Origin: Callorhinchus milii
Taxonomy: Eukaryota
Length of the DNA: 64,000 nucleotides
Reading direction: 5' to 3'
Assembly (NCBI RefSeq): GCF_018977255.1
Contig: NW_024704742.1
Location: 46,068,001 to 46,132,000, forward strand
Below, piece after piece: positions 62,011 through 64,000 of this stretch. The translations under genes and the position numbers were made by a program. The notes below the pieces were generated by a model. It was not told the origin of the DNA, did no database searches, and worked only from the letters and a program-made list of their open reading frames with translations. The first letter of the stretch is position 1. The number at the start of each line of letters is the position of its first letter.

Positions 62011-64000
62011 AAGGATGAAGGGCTGAGTAGAGAAAACGACTATATGAACATTCATGATGTAAAACACAAGGAAAAAAACAGAGGCTAACTGAAATAGTAT
62101 GCGTCAGGTAACAACGGGCAACTCTTTGACAGTTAATTGGATTTTTTATATTTGCTCCAGGGGATGTGAAATATTGTTCACCTAATCTGGTCAGATTTGT
62201 CCAACGCTTTATTTTACTTGAAAAAATGGGCTTTATGTTTGGATCTTTGCCCATTTAATGGAGGGTGTTTCACAAGTGTAACCAGCAGCAAAAGCATTAC
62301 CTCCATCAGTCCTATTGTCACAATTTTCCACTCATTCCCATAACATGCTGTTTCCTGCACTAAGAGCTAGTGTGCATCCTTTGTTTTAAACCCGTGACGG
62401 AAAAACACAACTAGAAGTTACACGTGCTGGCTGGTGCATGTTCCTCTTTCCTGCTATAAATAGGATATTAGCCTGTCCTAGAAAGGAGCTTCCTCACAAT
62501 TATTGGAGTAATGGGCTTTAGCAGTGCTAACTGTGAAGGAGAGCACATCATTTGAGGGTTGATGTGATGAAGTTAGTTTGATAGCCTCCTGAACTGTCCT
62601 CAGGCAATAAAAGCCAATTGAAATGTTCCGTCTTCATCATCTTGCTTTTTTTTCTCCCTCTTTGGCTGTATACTGGTACCAGGGATTCATTGAATATGAT
62701 GGCACGAGTCCTCAGATATAGTAATAACACTAATAATAATCCTTGCATATAGCAACAGTACATGTACTGGTGCCCAATTATGTGTAGCTTTCATAACAAG
62801 CTAATTCACCTGCCATAATTTGAACTGCACTGTGTTTGAAACAATACTGTACATAGTTACTTCAGTCAATTTATTTTGTTTAATTCTGCATAAAGTAAAA
62901 CCTAATAACATGCATTTTAAATGATTTTCAGCATACTATGCCTGAATATCTCTCAGTATAGCAAGTGACCTGGGCAGTGCTTATTCTTTTCTTCAATAAA
63001 GTACTTTTGCTTGTATCCACCTTCGATCAACATACTATCTCACCTCGGACTGCCCTTGACCACAGATATTGTCAAATACATATGCTATCATTGTATAGGA
63101 AATCACAGTACCATGTCGAAGGGAAAACAAGCTAAATTTAAAAGCAGACACAAACACTGACATTGAGATCTGTATGTTAATGCCTTAAGTAGCAACCATC
63201 TATCAGAAAGCTTTCTTTCTATAAATCTCTTGCCGAGTTCTGAATTGGCAAAGATAAATGAGTAAGGGCCTCGCGGGTGCTGCCAGCGAAATTGGAACAC
63301 ACATCTGTAATGATATTCCTGGCATCACATAACACCTGCACATTAATAGAATGGCAGTACTTACTGTTACAAGAATTATGTGCTTTCTCAGCAGGTGCAG
63401 AGATGGCTGCTTGGCTACTGTCAATCAACTCTGTGACATTGGGAATAGGAGCTCTGTCTGTAGTTCTCGTTTGCTATAGCAATTAAGTTGGGAAAGTTTG
63501 GCTTGCTGAGCTGAGGATATCAAGCTCTGTCTTGGATGACTATCTTAAAATCGAGGAACACAGGGCTTGACTTGAAATTATTTGAACATTATTGACATGC
63601 TGGTATCTCTACAGGGGAGGGGAATCTCAAAGGAAATAAACATAAAGGATGACCACTGCATCACGCTCACTGGTGAAAAATTCATGCAAATCGGTTAGGT
63701 CAACAGACTTCACTTAACTGGTAGGACGAGCTTACTGAATATAAATCTCTCAAAACTATGCATGTCAGACTGATCAATACACTAATATTCTCTGTAAATT
63801 CTGATGGATTCATCTCTTTCCCCAATGGGAGTGTGCCAGCACTAGTAATAACCATTTTAAAATGGGCAAATCAATCTAAAACAGCCACTATTTATATTCT
63901 GCACTTATTTATATTCCATAGCATCACTTTCAGCATTGCAGAGGGGAGCAGTAAGATTTAATAGCTTATCCCCCAAATTATCTTCTCAGTTTGTTGACTC

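Overview
AT-rich, CpG-depleted vertebrate genomic DNA, read as intronic or intergenic. No host protein-coding gene can be identified with confidence: the informative ORFs are frameshifted reverse-transcriptase fragments of CR1 and L2 LINEs, and the rest look like noise. The repeat inventory points to a cartilaginous fish, possibly a chimaera (inference from remembered family consensus sequences, not a search). It comprises CR1 LINEs with (ATTCTATG)n or (TTCTTATG)n tails, L2 LINEs with (TTG)n tails, Deu-domain SINEs, and a younger tRNA-Ala-like SINE with an (ATT)n tail. The window holds at least 3 CR1 families (one copy nested in another), about 20 L2 fragments, about 25 SINE copies in three architectures and two solo LTRs. 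The most unusual signal is that several L2 copies carry locally templated DNA: a 79-bp direct copy of sequence 1 kb away, an inverted ~145-bp copy of sequence 1.5 kb away flanked by a 14-bp duplication, a perfect 16-bp fold-back at a 5' truncation, and an inverted self-copy of a 3' end. Also reported: a covarying LINE/SINE 3' stem-loop, one well-formed candidate minus-strand exon and candidate Hox/TALE enhancers. I found no evidence of a new multi-gene system. Boundaries of old repeats are approximate and all alignments were done by eye.
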